Notes: generated from the sequence alone by a model not told the origin. Positions 21,048-31,344 are shown, numbered from the stretch's first letter. The stretch: 64,000 bases of DNA from Negativicutes bacterium (GCA_963665275.2 CAXXIN010000007.1:512001-576000), one strand, 5' to 3'. Translations and numbers: made by a program.

Positions 21048-22766
21048 CTATTTCGGAAGAACAGTCATAGAACTGGAACATTTATTCACAAAAATGGGGA
21101 AAAAATCAAAATCCCCTTGTATGATATGTCCAATAATCACATCCTGAATTAAGTATTTTGCGATATTTATCGGCTCTTCTTCCCCTGAAAGAAATGCATC
21201 AAACAGTTTTAATGTCTTGCAAACCAGATCCTGATGAATTTTCTTGTGCTCAGCATATTTGGTATATTCAAATTCCTCTAGAGAGCTTTCCTCACGTTTG
21301 AAGTGCTCAACAACTTCTTCGGTTAACGCTGAAAACAAACTGACAATAATTTTTTGGTTATTATCTATTAAACAGTTATAAATGATTTCGTTAGACATAT
21401 CTATTAACTTATGATGATCCGAATCTATCTGTGGATGTCCACATCGAAAGAAAGGCCCCCACTCAATCGTCATTGTGAGTCCCTTTATAATCTGCAACTC
21501 TTCATTACTGACAACTCTATTTCTGCCTGTCAATTTTGCCAGATATAAGGAATTGTCTAATCGCTTTAAAGCGCTCTTTTCATCATCGTTCATTTGCCAT
21601 TGAGTTATTCCAAAACTTGCAGTTACACTTCTTGTATCCTTGAAATTATGTTGCTCTATAAGCATTCTCATTTTTTCTGCGATCAGAACGGCTTTTTCCG
21701 CGTCGGTGTTACCCAATAAAACAATAAATTCTTCTCCGCCCCATCGGCATAGAACATCAGTTATTCTTATGCTGTTGTCTATTATATGAGCAATTTCCTT
21801 AAGGACATAGTCTCCCTGCAAATGCCCATACTCATCATTAATGTTTTTAAAATGGTCAATATCAAACAAAATAAGTGAAAACGGCTCCGCGGTTCTACAA
21901 GTCTCAGCTATCTTTTTCTTAAAGGCATCAACAAAACAGGTTCGATTATAAATCCCTGTCAAACTATCCTTTGTTGCTAACTCAAAAAGTTTTTCATTTT
22001 GTCTTGCAACATTACGGTTCAAGTTATGATGGTTAAGACAAAAAACAATTTTGGACATAAACAATCTGTGATTCAATGGCTTTAGCAAATAATCATCTGC
22101 GCCGCAACGCAGACAATGAGGAATTATTTCCCCATTATCGTAAGCCGTAATCAGGATGATTATGGCGTCATCATTTGTTTCCCGAATATGGATAATCAAA
22201 TCCTCGCCATTATGATTTGGCATAACCAAATCAGTTAAATACAAATCATAATTCTTATTACACTTTAAAAATTCAGACGCATCCTGATAATAATCTGCAT
22301 TTTTTATATCATTAATTAAAAAAAAGCTCTTAATGATCTCCAGAGAAAACCGGCTGTCATCCAGCACAGCAATCTTCGCGTTTTTTAAGAATTCGGCATT
22401 TTCTTTTTCTCTGTTTATCGTCTGCAAATACATTTCAAATCGTTGATCATTAAACGCACTCTTATTTAAATAGGCCATAATGCCCAACTTAAAACATCTT
22501 TTCTTCGTCTCAAAGTCTTGTTCTGATGTAATAACAATGATAGAAGGATGTATATAACCATTAGAAGCCATCTGTTTTATCAAATGGTCACTAAATTCTT
22601 GATAAATTTGATGATCAGTAATTAACAAATAATATTCATTTTCTTTAAAAGCTTCACGGATTTGCTCATACGAATCTACACATTGATAGGAAAAACCATT
22701 CTGCCTGACAATGTCTTCGATTAACTTGGAAAAATTTTCATCTTTCTCAAGGTGTAAGACCCGCAT
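21048..22766 (-). CDS. REC-REC-GGDEF diguanylate cyclase with C-terminal hemerythrin domain
   Basis: Two receiver-like domains, DIDHFK, RWGGEEF, then IDSDH..HFKREE..HKKIH..HII..D. Confidence 0.88.
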   Translation of the reverse strand: MRVLHLEKDENFSKLIEDIVRQNGFSYQCVDSYEQIREAFKENEYYLLITDHQIYQEFSDHLIKQMASNGYIHPSIIVITSEQDFETKKRCFKLGIMAYLNKSAFNDQRFEMYLQTINREKENAEFLKNAKIAVLDDSRFSLEIIKSFFLINDIKNADYYQDASEFLKCNKNYDLYLTDLVMPNHNGEDLIIHIRETNDDAIIILITAYDNGEIIPHCLRCGADDYLLKPLNHRLFMSKIVFCLNHHNLNRNVARQNEKLFELATKDSLTGIYNRTCFVDAFKKKIAETCRTAEPFSLILFDIDHFKNINDEYGHLQGDYVLKEIAHIIDNSIRITDVLCRWGGEEFIVLLGNTDAEKAVLIAEKMRMLIEQHNFKDTRSVTASFGITQWQMNDDEKSALKRLDNSLYLAKLTGRNRVVSNEELQIIKGLTMTIEWGPFFRCGHPQIDSDHHKLIDMSNEIIYNCLIDNNQKIIVSLFSALTEEVVEHFKREESSLEEFEYTKYAEHKKIHQDLVCKTLKLFDAFLSGEEEPINIAKYLIQDVIIGHIIQGDFDFFPIFVNKCSSSMTVLPK

Positions 22767-23135
22767 CTCGGCACCCCCTATAATCTTAACTATTTACAGA
22801 AGGCTTATGGAAACACTGATTTTATCGACGCCAATTAGATGTAAACAAATTCTTATTATATTAATTTCGCGATTAATTTAAAGTTCCTATCGACAATCAG
22901 TATAAAAATATGCCCATCCTTTTATATTGGTTGCCACATGTAAGAACCGCTAATTTTTGTTACCATACCCATAAATCTTCCAATAGTCACCTGATTAATT
23001 ATCAGTCAAGATTAAACTCACCGTAAAAAAAAGGACCTCCTGTCGTAGGATAACTATGACAGGAGTGGATAATATTTTCACAAGAGATTCGAAAGATATC
23101 GTCGTTAGAAACGAACAACTGCGCGTCCATTGGTT

Positions 23136-23185
23136 AAAATAAGACAAAGCCCGCTCTAAAAAGCGAGCGGGCTTTGTCTTATTTT
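23136..23185. terminator. Bidirectional-type terminator, 21-bp perfect inverted repeat
   Basis: aaaataagacaaagcccgctc-N8-gagcgggctttgtcttatttt just downstream of the HTH antitoxin. Confidence 0.8.
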
Positions 23186-23219
23186 CGCGCTGACTTAAAA
23201 GCTAGTTCAATAATTTTTC

Positions 23220-23489
23220 TCAACGAAACGAAATATGCACTTCCTTGCCCAAGCCAGCTGCTACCCTTTTGAGGAACTTCAAGCTAGGGTTATAATTTCC
23301 TGATTCCAGACGACTAAGGTGAGATTGATTAATTCCAGTTCGGCGTGAAAGCTCCTGCTGGGAAAGTTGAAGTTCTTCACGAGTGTCGATCATCGCCCGA
23401 ATGATCTCATATTCTGGCTCAAGCTCCTCATACGCATCGCGAAATTCAGGGTCGTCCAGTTTTTGTTTTTTATACTCTTGAAAATTCAT
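23220..23489 (-). CDS. XRE-family HTH antitoxin (HigA-like)
   Basis: DPEFRDAYEELEPEYEI..LSQQELSRRTGINQSHLSRLESG.NPSL. Confidence 0.88.
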   Translation of the reverse strand: MNFQEYKKQKLDDPEFRDAYEELEPEYEIIRAMIDTREELQLSQQELSRRTGINQSHLSRLESGNYNPSLKFLKRVAAGLGKEVHISFR

Positions 23490-23706
23490 TTTGACGACCT
23501 TCTTTCGTAGTCAGATTTATAACGAAGAGCTTTTTCTAATTTTTCTTGAGGTGTTTGGAATAGGGTTTTCGTAACCGATACCCACATTCCGCCAGAATAT
23601 CAAGAGATCGGACGGCTTTGGCCTGCAAGTCGTGAGGCAAGTTGTCAATAAACTCGGTAACCGGTCATTTTCCCGATAGGGCCGTATAAAAAAGGAGATT
23701 GAACAT
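23486..23706 (-). pseudogene. RelE/HigB (Gp49-like) toxin pseudogene
   Basis: MFNLLFY...GK*PVTEFIDNLP..LQAK..R.LDILAECG..LRKPYSKHL joined out of frame to KTPQEKLEKALRYKSDY; stop overlaps antitoxin ATG. Confidence 0.75.
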
Positions 23707-23754
23707 TTTTGCCTCCCTCACAAATTTATTTTATGTCATATATGAAATAATATT

Positions 23755-24070
23755 AAGTCAGAAGAAACTCCTCATACCCTGGTATTCCTCCAACATCCTC
23801 AGGCGGACAAGCGCCTTCTCCTGCCAAAATTATCGGATTAGCCCAATATGATAATCCTCGTCTATTTTATCAAGCGTTATCGTGTGCTCCCAATCATCGC
23901 CGAAGTCATAAACATACTGAATCGTTTTGTACTCCTCAAGATATCGATCTATTTTAACGGTCTGTGGCTGCCTTATCGCCGTTTCCAGAGCTCTAGCAAT
24001 AATCTCAAGCGGATCGTTTCGCTTTGGTGAGCGTTATCTCCTTATATTTCTCTTGATAAAACATAAACTC
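23755..24070 (-). pseudogene. pRiA4b ORF-3 family fragment
   Basis: YVYDFGDDWEHTI and PEDVGGIPGYEEFL motifs in broken frames. Confidence 0.7.
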
Positions 24071-24093
24071 CGCATTCCCACGCTTGAAATGCC

Positions 24094-24125
24094 AATCGCC
24101 CGAACCGAAGTCCAGGCGAACACAA
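24094..24125 (-). terminator. Recurring TTCGCCTGGAC hairpin terminator
   Basis: tgtgttcgcctggacttcggttcgggcgatt right after the stop of the FMN oxidoreductase gene. Confidence 0.65.
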
Positions 24126-24143
24126 TGCTTCATGGGAAGTTAA

Positions 24144-25184
24144 TTATCCACGCACCATATCCTTTGTGATTTCACTCAGGCTAAAGGCGCCACACATAGC
24201 CATCGTGTCCTGCAATTCTCCAGCCAATTTTTCAATATAAATCTTCACGCCTTCCTTTTCACCGCCATAAACGGCTGTAACAAACGGACGACAGATGATA
24301 ACCCCGTCGGCGCCAAGTGCCAGCGCCTTGAAAATATCTGTACCAGAACGGATCCCGCCATCAACGAGGATCTTCATCTCGCTGCCGACAGCCTCCACAA
24401 TTTCTGGCAGAACTTCGGCAGTTGACGGACACTGATCCAGCACCCGTCCTCCATGATTAGAAACAACAATGGCCCTTGCCCCAGCTTCTTTGGCCTTCAG
24501 TGCGCCCTTGACGCTCATAATGCCTTTTACAATAAACGGAACACCGACAATTTCAGAAATTCGCCGAAGCTCTTCGACTGATTTTCCACCGGCCGGAGGT
24601 GTCATGTTTTTTAGGAAAGGCAATCCAGCTGCATCGATGTCCATGGCAACAGCAAAAGCACCTGATTTATGCACTAGCTCCATTTTTTCTTTGATCGTAT
24701 CGATATTCCACGGTTTAACAGTAGGGACGCCGCACCCATTTGCTTTGGCGATTGCCGCTGTCGCGCCCTCCATGACTTGCGGATTCGCGCCGTCGCCAGT
24801 AAAAGCAGCGATCCCATTTTCCATGCAAGCCGACACAAGAATATCATTATAGGACATATCGCTATATTTATCACTGTAATGCATGCTGACCGCGCCAACC
24901 GGTCCTGCGAAGAACGGAAATTTGAAAGTCTGGCCAAATAACTCCAAAGTCGTATCTACTGGTCGGCTCGCACAGAGGGTATCCATATTGACACGGATCT
25001 CCTGCCATTTCTGATAGTTGCGAATGGCCGTATCTCCGACCCCCTTGGCTCCTGGGCCAGGAATAGAATTTTTACACACAACCCCATTACACACATTGCA
25101 CGCCTTGCAGTAACTACCGATACAGGTACGCGCATTTTCCAGTACTTCCTTATAATTCATCCTATTTTCTCCTTCTTTCCTCAT
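24144..25184 (-). CDS. FMN-dependent alpha-hydroxy-acid oxidising enzyme with N-terminal Cys cluster
   Basis: CKACNVCNGVVC, IVKGI, VSNHGGRVLD, DGGIRSGTD. Confidence 0.9.
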   Translation of the reverse strand: MRKEGENRMNYKEVLENARTCIGSYCKACNVCNGVVCKNSIPGPGAKGVGDTAIRNYQKWQEIRVNMDTLCASRPVDTTLELFGQTFKFPFFAGPVGAVSMHYSDKYSDMSYNDILVSACMENGIAAFTGDGANPQVMEGATAAIAKANGCGVPTVKPWNIDTIKEKMELVHKSGAFAVAMDIDAAGLPFLKNMTPPAGGKSVEELRRISEIVGVPFIVKGIMSVKGALKAKEAGARAIVVSNHGGRVLDQCPSTAEVLPEIVEAVGSEMKILVDGGIRSGTDIFKALALGADGVIICRPFVTAVYGGEKEGVKIYIEKLAGELQDTMAMCGAFSLSEITKDMVRG

Positions 25185-25211
25185 CCATTTATCATTTTCA
25201 TGATTAGAATT

Positions 25212-26123
25212 TCAAATCGTTGGGGCTTCGGCCTTGAGAAAGGTTTCAATATTTTTCAGCACTTTTTCGCTCAGTCTGTCAAACGCCTGCCGAGTAAGCC
25301 CGGAAGACACGTTCATGCAGTTCACGTGGGGGTTCCCAAGCAACTTGCCTGTATCATCGCCGAGCGCGGCGGCAGTGTCACAGAAAAATTCGTTATCCCC
25401 ATGTTCAAGCCATTTGGTAAGAGCGGAAACATCGTGCGACGGACCGATCGAAGTATTGAACATTATTTTATGATTTCCAAGCCAACCGAATTGTTCATCC
25501 TGGAACAAGATGACGTTTTTGTTTAGGCAGGTACAGACGACATCCACATTATTTAGCAGTTCTTTCAACGGCAGGTATTTGATGTTTTTTGCTTCTTGTT
25601 CCGGCTTGCGAGTCCGGCTGAAATAATACAAATCGGCTTCAAGGGCCTGAAGGCCGGCTGCAATCAACTGCCCTGAGGTACCGAGACCGACTATGCCGAC
25701 TTTCAAATCGACAAGCTCCACCGGCAGCTCCTGCCACTGTTTATCACCGAAACCGTGAAGATAGCGAATCAGTTCACTCGTAATATATTCGACAACTCCC
25801 TGATCTCCGTAGTCACGGATACCAGATACCTTGATATTTCTGGCTCGCGCTGTGCGAATGTCTACGTTGGCGCTTTCTTCAGAATACAGACTGCAGCACA
25901 TGCCGATGTAGCGTATGCCGTGGCAAGCCTCAAGCACGTTCTGTTCAATACGGCTTGTGAAACTAAGCAACACGGCGTCCGCATCACCGATCCGGCGAAT
26001 TATTTCCGCATCATCTTTCGGAACATCTTCAAACAGGACGACTTTTTTTGCATAATCATGGAGTTTCTGCCGCGCTGATGGAATCAGCCTGACCGGTTCT
26101 ATGGCAACCAGCTTTTCAAACAT
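25212..26123 (-). CDS. D-isomer-specific 2-hydroxyacid dehydrogenase-like NAD(P)-dependent oxidoreductase
   Basis: IGDADAVL, NVDI..A..RNI.V, Rossmann GIVGLGTSG. Confidence 0.75.
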   Translation of the reverse strand: MFEKLVAIEPVRLIPSARQKLHDYAKKVVLFEDVPKDDAEIIRRIGDADAVLLSFTSRIEQNVLEACHGIRYIGMCCSLYSEESANVDIRTARARNIKVSGIRDYGDQGVVEYITSELIRYLHGFGDKQWQELPVELVDLKVGIVGLGTSGQLIAAGLQALEADLYYFSRTRKPEQEAKNIKYLPLKELLNNVDVVCTCLNKNVILFQDEQFGWLGNHKIMFNTSIGPSHDVSALTKWLEHGDNEFFCDTAAALGDDTGKLLGNPHVNCMNVSSGLTRQAFDRLSEKVLKNIETFLKAEAPTI

Positions 26124-26156
26124 TTCGCGAGCCCTCTTTTCAAGTATATTTTACAA

Positions 26157-26426
26157 TCACTTTTTACCCTTATTACCAATCTTACTGCCATTAAATAAAA
26201 ACCGTATAATGGTCAGCGCTTCAGAAGGTTTCATGTTGTCTTCATAGCCTAACTCTTTAAACTCTGCCCAAATACTCTCTTGAATTTCTTGCGAAAGCAC
26301 GGTCAGACTCCGAAGTTCAGGAATCACAGCGTTGATTTCACCGTTATCCATCAATGCAATAATGCCACGGCCTTTTCCAACGCCAATAAGCATCAGAAAT
26401 ATAGCTACCTTTTTTACTGGCAACAA
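26157..26426 (-). CDS. Small protein resembling the FliG N-terminal domain
   Basis: KKVAIFLMLIG...IIALMDNGEI..V..EL..L..LSQE.QESIWAEF pattern; GGAGG RBS. Confidence 0.5.
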   Translation of the reverse strand: MLPVKKVAIFLMLIGVGKGRGIIALMDNGEINAVIPELRSLTVLSQEIQESIWAEFKELGYEDNMKPSEALTIIRFLFNGSKIGNKGKK

Positions 26427-26660
26427 TACAAACTACCTCCAGATGCTTTTCACCTACATTGTGTTTTCCCCAACTTGCTTTGGTGAAGATCGTTTGCTCC
26501 ACTTCTATTATTATACTTTTGCGGCGTTCTTCCTGCCACCGTGCCGATTCTAACAATCCGTTTTGTTTTTTAAAAAATGAAAAGGTGAAAACTCTGTGAT
26601 GGAAGAATACTACTCGTTGAGGCGAAGAAGCGGAATGCAGTTTGGAAAGGAGCACTAATA

Positions 26661-27437
26661 ATGGAAATATTGCGATCAAAAAAAGGCTTTCTTTGTGATA
26701 TGGATGGTGTAATTTATACAGGCAACAACCTGCTTCCCGGCGTCAAAGAATTCGTTGAATGGTTATATCGTGAAAATAAAGAGTTTTTATTTTTGACCAA
26801 TAGCAGTGGCAAAACACCTAGAGAGTTGCAGCAAAAATTGGAACGCATGGGACTAAAGGTAGATGAAAGCCATTTTTACACGAGCGCCTTGGCAACAGCC
26901 AAGTTCTTGAGCCACCAAAGCCCGGGTTGCAGCGCTTACGTAATCGGAGAACCTGGACTCTTTAACGCTCTGCACGATGCCAACATTACTTTCAATGACG
27001 TTGACCCTGACTACGTGATCATTGGAGAAACCATGAATTACAACTATAACCTCATCGTCAAAGCCATGAATCATGTTCTAAACGGGGCCAAACTTATCGG
27101 CACAAATACGGATCTTACAGGACCATCAGAAAACGGCATCTTGCCGGCTTGTCGTGCTCTCGTCGCGCCCATTGAGATTACAACAGGCAAAAATGCATAC
27201 TACATAGGCAAGCCTAATCCGCTGATGATGCGCACCGGCTTGCAAATATTGGGTATCCATTCTGGCGAAACTGCAATGATTGGTGACCGCATGGATACAG
27301 ATATTATCGCTGGCATTGAAAGTGGTCTTGATCCTATTTTAGTTCTCTCTGGCGTCACAAGCATCAACGAAATAACGAACTATCCCTTCCGCCCCAGACT
27401 AGTTCTTGAAGGGGTCGGGGAGATTCCGCCAACTTAA
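26661..27437 (+). CDS. nagD: HAD-IIA hydrolase (NagD-like)
   Basis: DMDGVIY, LTNSS, GKPNP, IGDRMDTDI. Confidence 0.88.
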   Translation: MEILRSKKGFLCDMDGVIYTGNNLLPGVKEFVEWLYRENKEFLFLTNSSGKTPRELQQKLERMGLKVDESHFYTSALATAKFLSHQSPGCSAYVIGEPGLFNALHDANITFNDVDPDYVIIGETMNYNYNLIVKAMNHVLNGAKLIGTNTDLTGPSENGILPACRALVAPIEITTGKNAYYIGKPNPLMMRTGLQILGIHSGETAMIGDRMDTDIIAGIESGLDPILVLSGVTSINEITNYPFRPRLVLEGVGEIPPT

Positions 27438-27541
27438 TCCGCTGATCGGTTAATCATTCTAAGCTTATCACGCCTGTCCGACCTCCCAATCGGAGGTCAT
27501 TATTTTATCATTGCCCAGCTCTCTTTGTTGCGATGCGAATA

Positions 27542-28099
27542 TCAAACACCTGGCGGCACTTTATCTTCCATTAGGCTGCGAAGATTTATAATGTTCCCGT
27601 CGACAACAAAGGTTCCATCCCCGTTCGCATGGAATGTCCGCCGTTCTTTTCGTTTCTGATCGATCCAAGCGCGAACTCCATCCAATACGAAAATACCATA
27701 GGGTTCCAGATAGTCAGTTACGCGACACTCCACGCATGCAAGGCACTCAGCAATCAGCGGAGCTTTAACTTCCGCCGCTGCTAATGCCGTCAGATTAAAC
27801 TTTTGAAATTTGTCCGTTTCTGCGCCGGAGCAATCGCCGATGCCGACTACTGTTTCTGCAAGATCAATCGTCGGAATTGCAAGCACGCATTCCTTGGTAT
27901 CTCTTAGCGCCTGGAAGGAATAATTCCACGGACCGGTTGTCAGCGCAATCCTCGGAGTAAAATCCAGTACCATGTGCCAGGAAATAGTCATGATATTATT
28001 GCGTCCTTTGTTGTTGGTAACGACCAAAATAACCGGCCCCGGCTCAATCAGCATAAACGCCTTGGCAATTGGCAACTTCTTCATCGGCATATCATTCAC
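27542..28099 (-). CDS. Flavin reductase family protein
   Basis: EPGPVILV, NIMTISW, GDCSG..DKF, APLIAEC..ECRV. Confidence 0.85.
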   Translation of the reverse strand: MNDMPMKKLPIAKAFMLIEPGPVILVVTNNKGRNNIMTISWHMVLDFTPRIALTTGPWNYSFQALRDTKECVLAIPTIDLAETVVGIGDCSGAETDKFQKFNLTALAAAEVKAPLIAECLACVECRVTDYLEPYGIFVLDGVRAWIDQKRKERRTFHANGDGTFVVDGNIINLRSLMEDKVPPGV

Positions 28100-28200
28100 C
28101 GCCTTCCTTTTCCTTTAATTTAATAACAAAACTCCCCTTGAGCTAGTCCTGAATATTTCAGGTTTCTATCCCCGGGGAGTATGGGCTGCACTTTATGTTA

Positions 28201-29622
28201 TTACTGCCAATTCAGATAAGTGGCGATCACCAAGAATATCCAACCGGCAATCATCCCTTTAATAACTACCGGAAGAATAAACTGAACCCACTTGTCGAAG
28301 GGAACTCTGGCTAAGGCCAGCATCGCCAGCAACCCTCCCGCTGTGGGAATGATCATGTTGAGAAAACAGTCACCCATTTGAAAGGCCTGAACTGCAATTT
28401 GGCGATTCACACCAATCAGATCACTAAGGGGAATCATGATCGGCATCGTTGCCATCGCTTGTCCGCTCCCTGAGGGGACAAAAAAGTTGATGACTCCCTG
28501 CACCAAGGACATCGCTACCGCTGATAGGGCCGGCGGTAAATTCACCAGCGGCGCCGCCAGGGAATTGATAATGGTATCACCGATTTTGCCTTGATCCAAA
28601 AGAACGCTAATGGACCTGGCAAAGCCGACAATTACCGCGCCGCCGGCAATATCAGAAGCTCCTTGCATAAAGGTATCAGCAATTTTGTCGGCACTAAACC
28701 GCGCCACCAACCCAAACAGCAAGCCGTACACCACAAACAGCGCCGAAAGCTCGGTCAAATACCAATTATATTTGAGCACACCGTAGACAATGACCATAAC
28801 AAAGGAAACGAAAAGCGCCAGAACGACTTTTCCCCGTCCATCAAGATTATATTCATTGATTTTTCCCTTATCAATGGACAATCCTTCTGTTGAAATCCCT
28901 TTTACCAAACTTAGTTCAGGATTCTTTTCGATTTTCTTCATATACAGCCAAATTTGGTGAATTAATATCAAAGTACATACAATCCCGAATAACACCCTCG
29001 GACCCATGCCGGAAAAGATCGGCAATTCAGCGATAGAATGAGCCACGCCGACTGTATAGGGATTGATCGGCGAGGTGCCGAACCCGATGGAAACCCCACC
29101 GATGACAATGGCAGCTCCAACCATCAGATCGTAACCCATCCCAATCGCTACCATGATGCCCAACGGCACAAAAGCGATCACATTTTCAAAACCAACCACT
29201 GCACCAAAGAGCGCGAAAATAAATGTTAACACAACTAACATCCATTGCTTGGATTGTTTCGTTACACCGACTTTGCGAATAGTAATGCCAATTGCATTTT
29301 CAACAGCTTTAGTGCGTTCCAAAATCTTGAACATACCGCCTGCCAATAGCACAATCACCATGATTGGGGCAGCGGCAATCATGCCGGTCGGAATGGCTTT
29401 GAATAGATCCCATACCCCAACGGTCATTTTGGGTGTTTTGGCTAAAAAGGCAAAACTACCGGCAACGACGACATTGCGCCCGTTCACTACCGCTCTTTGA
29501 AACGAACCGGACGGAATCACATATGTTAACAAACTGACGATACAAAGAATTAAAAACAAAATGACAAAGGCGCCCGGTATTTTTTTATACCATTTCGGTT
29601 GACTCTCTTCTTGATTCATCAT
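28201..29622 (-). CDS. YfcC/DcuC-like anaerobic membrane transporter
   Basis: Multi-TM; LTYVIPSG, NPYTVGVA..IAELPIFSG, FFVPSGSGQA..TMPIM.PL. Confidence 0.88.
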   Translation of the reverse strand: MMNQEESQPKWYKKIPGAFVILFLILCIVSLLTYVIPSGSFQRAVVNGRNVVVAGSFAFLAKTPKMTVGVWDLFKAIPTGMIAAAPIMVIVLLAGGMFKILERTKAVENAIGITIRKVGVTKQSKQWMLVVLTFIFALFGAVVGFENVIAFVPLGIMVAIGMGYDLMVGAAIVIGGVSIGFGTSPINPYTVGVAHSIAELPIFSGMGPRVLFGIVCTLILIHQIWLYMKKIEKNPELSLVKGISTEGLSIDKGKINEYNLDGRGKVVLALFVSFVMVIVYGVLKYNWYLTELSALFVVYGLLFGLVARFSADKIADTFMQGASDIAGGAVIVGFARSISVLLDQGKIGDTIINSLAAPLVNLPPALSAVAMSLVQGVINFFVPSGSGQAMATMPIMIPLSDLIGVNRQIAVQAFQMGDCFLNMIIPTAGGLLAMLALARVPFDKWVQFILPVVIKGMIAGWIFLVIATYLNWQ

Positions 29623-29839
29623 TCATCCCCCTATTTCCCCTTATTACATTTTCGAAGCCCCTTACGGCATCTTCAATGATGGTCTTTCTTCCTTATCGGC
29701 CAAGAATTCTCCCAGTATCTGCGTCAACATATAGCACCTGCTGGGCCTGTCAATCTCTCCCATGTTCCATCTCCCTTCTGTCTCATCGCTATGGACTACA
29801 ACCGGTGTTCAACTCCTTGCAGCTCAGAACGGCGACAAC

Positions 29840-30160
29840 CGTCGCCGAAACGAAATCCGGGAGCAGCTTGAAGGTTCGCACCGCTTCGGTTAGCTCCACC
29901 ACTTCGGAATGACATTATTGGCCTGACCGCCGTGGATGCTGCCAAAAAAAAATACACATGGCGCAAGCGAGCGGATCGACGCGACGGCTCACGATCGTTT
30001 GCAAGCCTTGGATAATCGCGGCAGCCGCAATGATTGGGCCATGAGTTTTGTGAGGAGTTGACCCCTGTCCGCCTTTGCCTGTAATGGTGATTGCGATATT
30101 GATACTGTTTGCCATCAACGGCCCATCCATAAGACCGACCTGACCTGCAGGCAAATTGGG
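29840..30160 (-). pseudogene. M20D amidohydrolase fragment
   Basis: PNLPAGQVG...GPLMA...I.ITGKGG..STPH...LQTIVSR..DP, then IHGGQANNVIP after a frameshift. Confidence 0.7.
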
Positions 30161-30164
30161 CGTA

Positions 30165-30275
30165 TTATGATTTTCTTGCGGTACTCTTCCGTGTTTTCCA
30201 AATCAATTTCAGCAAAGAGCAGTTGTTCCTGATCATCAGTCAGGCTGGCAATACTTCCATCAGGAATAAAAAATA
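30165..30275 (-). pseudogene. Carbon-nitrogen hydrolase (nitrilase family) C-terminal fragment
   Basis: PDGSIASL.DDQEQLLFAEIDLE....YR. Confidence 0.5.
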
Positions 30276-30640
30276 GAAATTTACACCCATAATAGTATTC
30301 CGCAGCTCTCATTCGCGAAAAAAACCGATAATATATCTTGCACTTAAGCAAACTATATTAAAATTCACCAACGTTAAGAAGAATCCCTTTAATTTTCAAA
30401 TTGAATGACCGGTTTTAAAACATCCACCGTTGGCAAGTGTTCTTCTGTCACAGAGCCACGCCAATGTGATTTAAACCATTCTTAAACATTGATCTCTTCT
30501 CTCTCGGCAACAAGTATGCCTGAACTGATGTCCTCAATCATTCTGGAAATAGCAAAGTAGAAAATACCGTTCGGGTATACTTCGTCCCCATCCTGAACTG
30601 GCAACGGAATAATTTTTTATTCAGTTTGATTCGCCTGTTC

Positions 30641-30780
30641 TCACTCATCTTCAATTAACCTTGCAACGTCCTTGCCGCACTTCTTGCATTTTCCCTTGAG
30701 TGCGACGCCCAATTTGTCATTATGCATGGAAAACTCAACAATCGTCGTTTCGCCGCAAGCAGAGCAAAAAACATCCATAC
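30641..30780 (-). pseudogene. Small Zn-ribbon protein fragment
   Basis: DVFCSACGETTIVEF...LKGKCKKCGKDVARLIEDE*; followed downstream by another broken ORF (PVQDGDEVYPNGIF). Confidence 0.45.
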
Positions 30781-30854
30781 ATTCAAAAGGCATTGATAAT
30801 TACCACTAAAACTAACAGCCTCAGTCCGACGAAAGCTCGAACCAAGGCTGCTTA

Positions 30855-31112
30855 AAATTGTCACGGATGCCTTCAAGCGCTACGCACGCCAAAATCAGCA
30901 AGACATCCCTCTTTTTTCGAAGTTTGCCAAACTTTTTCGAGTTGAGAAGAAATTACGTGCTTATTCAAACTGGACTGAGTTGGCAACGTTCTTCCGCTAC
31001 TCGGCCGAAATTCGAAAAATTATTCATACAACCAATATCATTGAAAGCTATAACCGGCAGCTGAGAAAAGTGACCAAGCCCAAGAGCGTATTCCCGACGG
31101 ATGATGCCCTGT
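30855..31112 (+). pseudogene. In-frame junction of an AbiEi-like C-terminus and an IS256 transposase fragment
   Basis: IVTDAFKRYAR...DIPL...AKLFRVEKKLRAY runs directly into NWTELATFFRY..EIRKII.TTNIIESYNRQLRKVTK.K.VFPTDDAL. Confidence 0.65.
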
Positions 31113-31320
31113 TCCCTGTTGTCCCTTTCGGGAGGTCAATGTCGATGCGGCAGCATTCACTTTATGTTACAACCCGCCAAATTGTCTTGCTTGAAATCAA
31201 GCAACAACGCCTCAGAGCGCAGATTACGCCGTACTCTGGTTGCTGACTACGGGACTGGCCCTTCCTTTGTCCCGACAGGACTTTCACCTGCAAGCATCCA
31301 AAATCTTAGCTAATTATAAC
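31107..31320 (-). mobile_element. Group II intron 5' remnant (domain I)
   Basis: Minus strand agctaagattttgg..gcaggtgaaagtcctg..gtcagcaacc..gaggcgttg..gtaacataaagtgaatgctg resembles domain I of Firmicute group II introns; no RT ORF. Confidence 0.55.
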
Positions 31321-31344
31321 AAAATTCATTCAACTTTAATGAAA

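Noticed and set aside
28110-28185. tgaatatttc within a long hairpin as another IS21 end
   Set aside because: The match is only 10 bp and part of a local palindrome in a terminator-like stem after the YfcC gene; no partner end or duplication.
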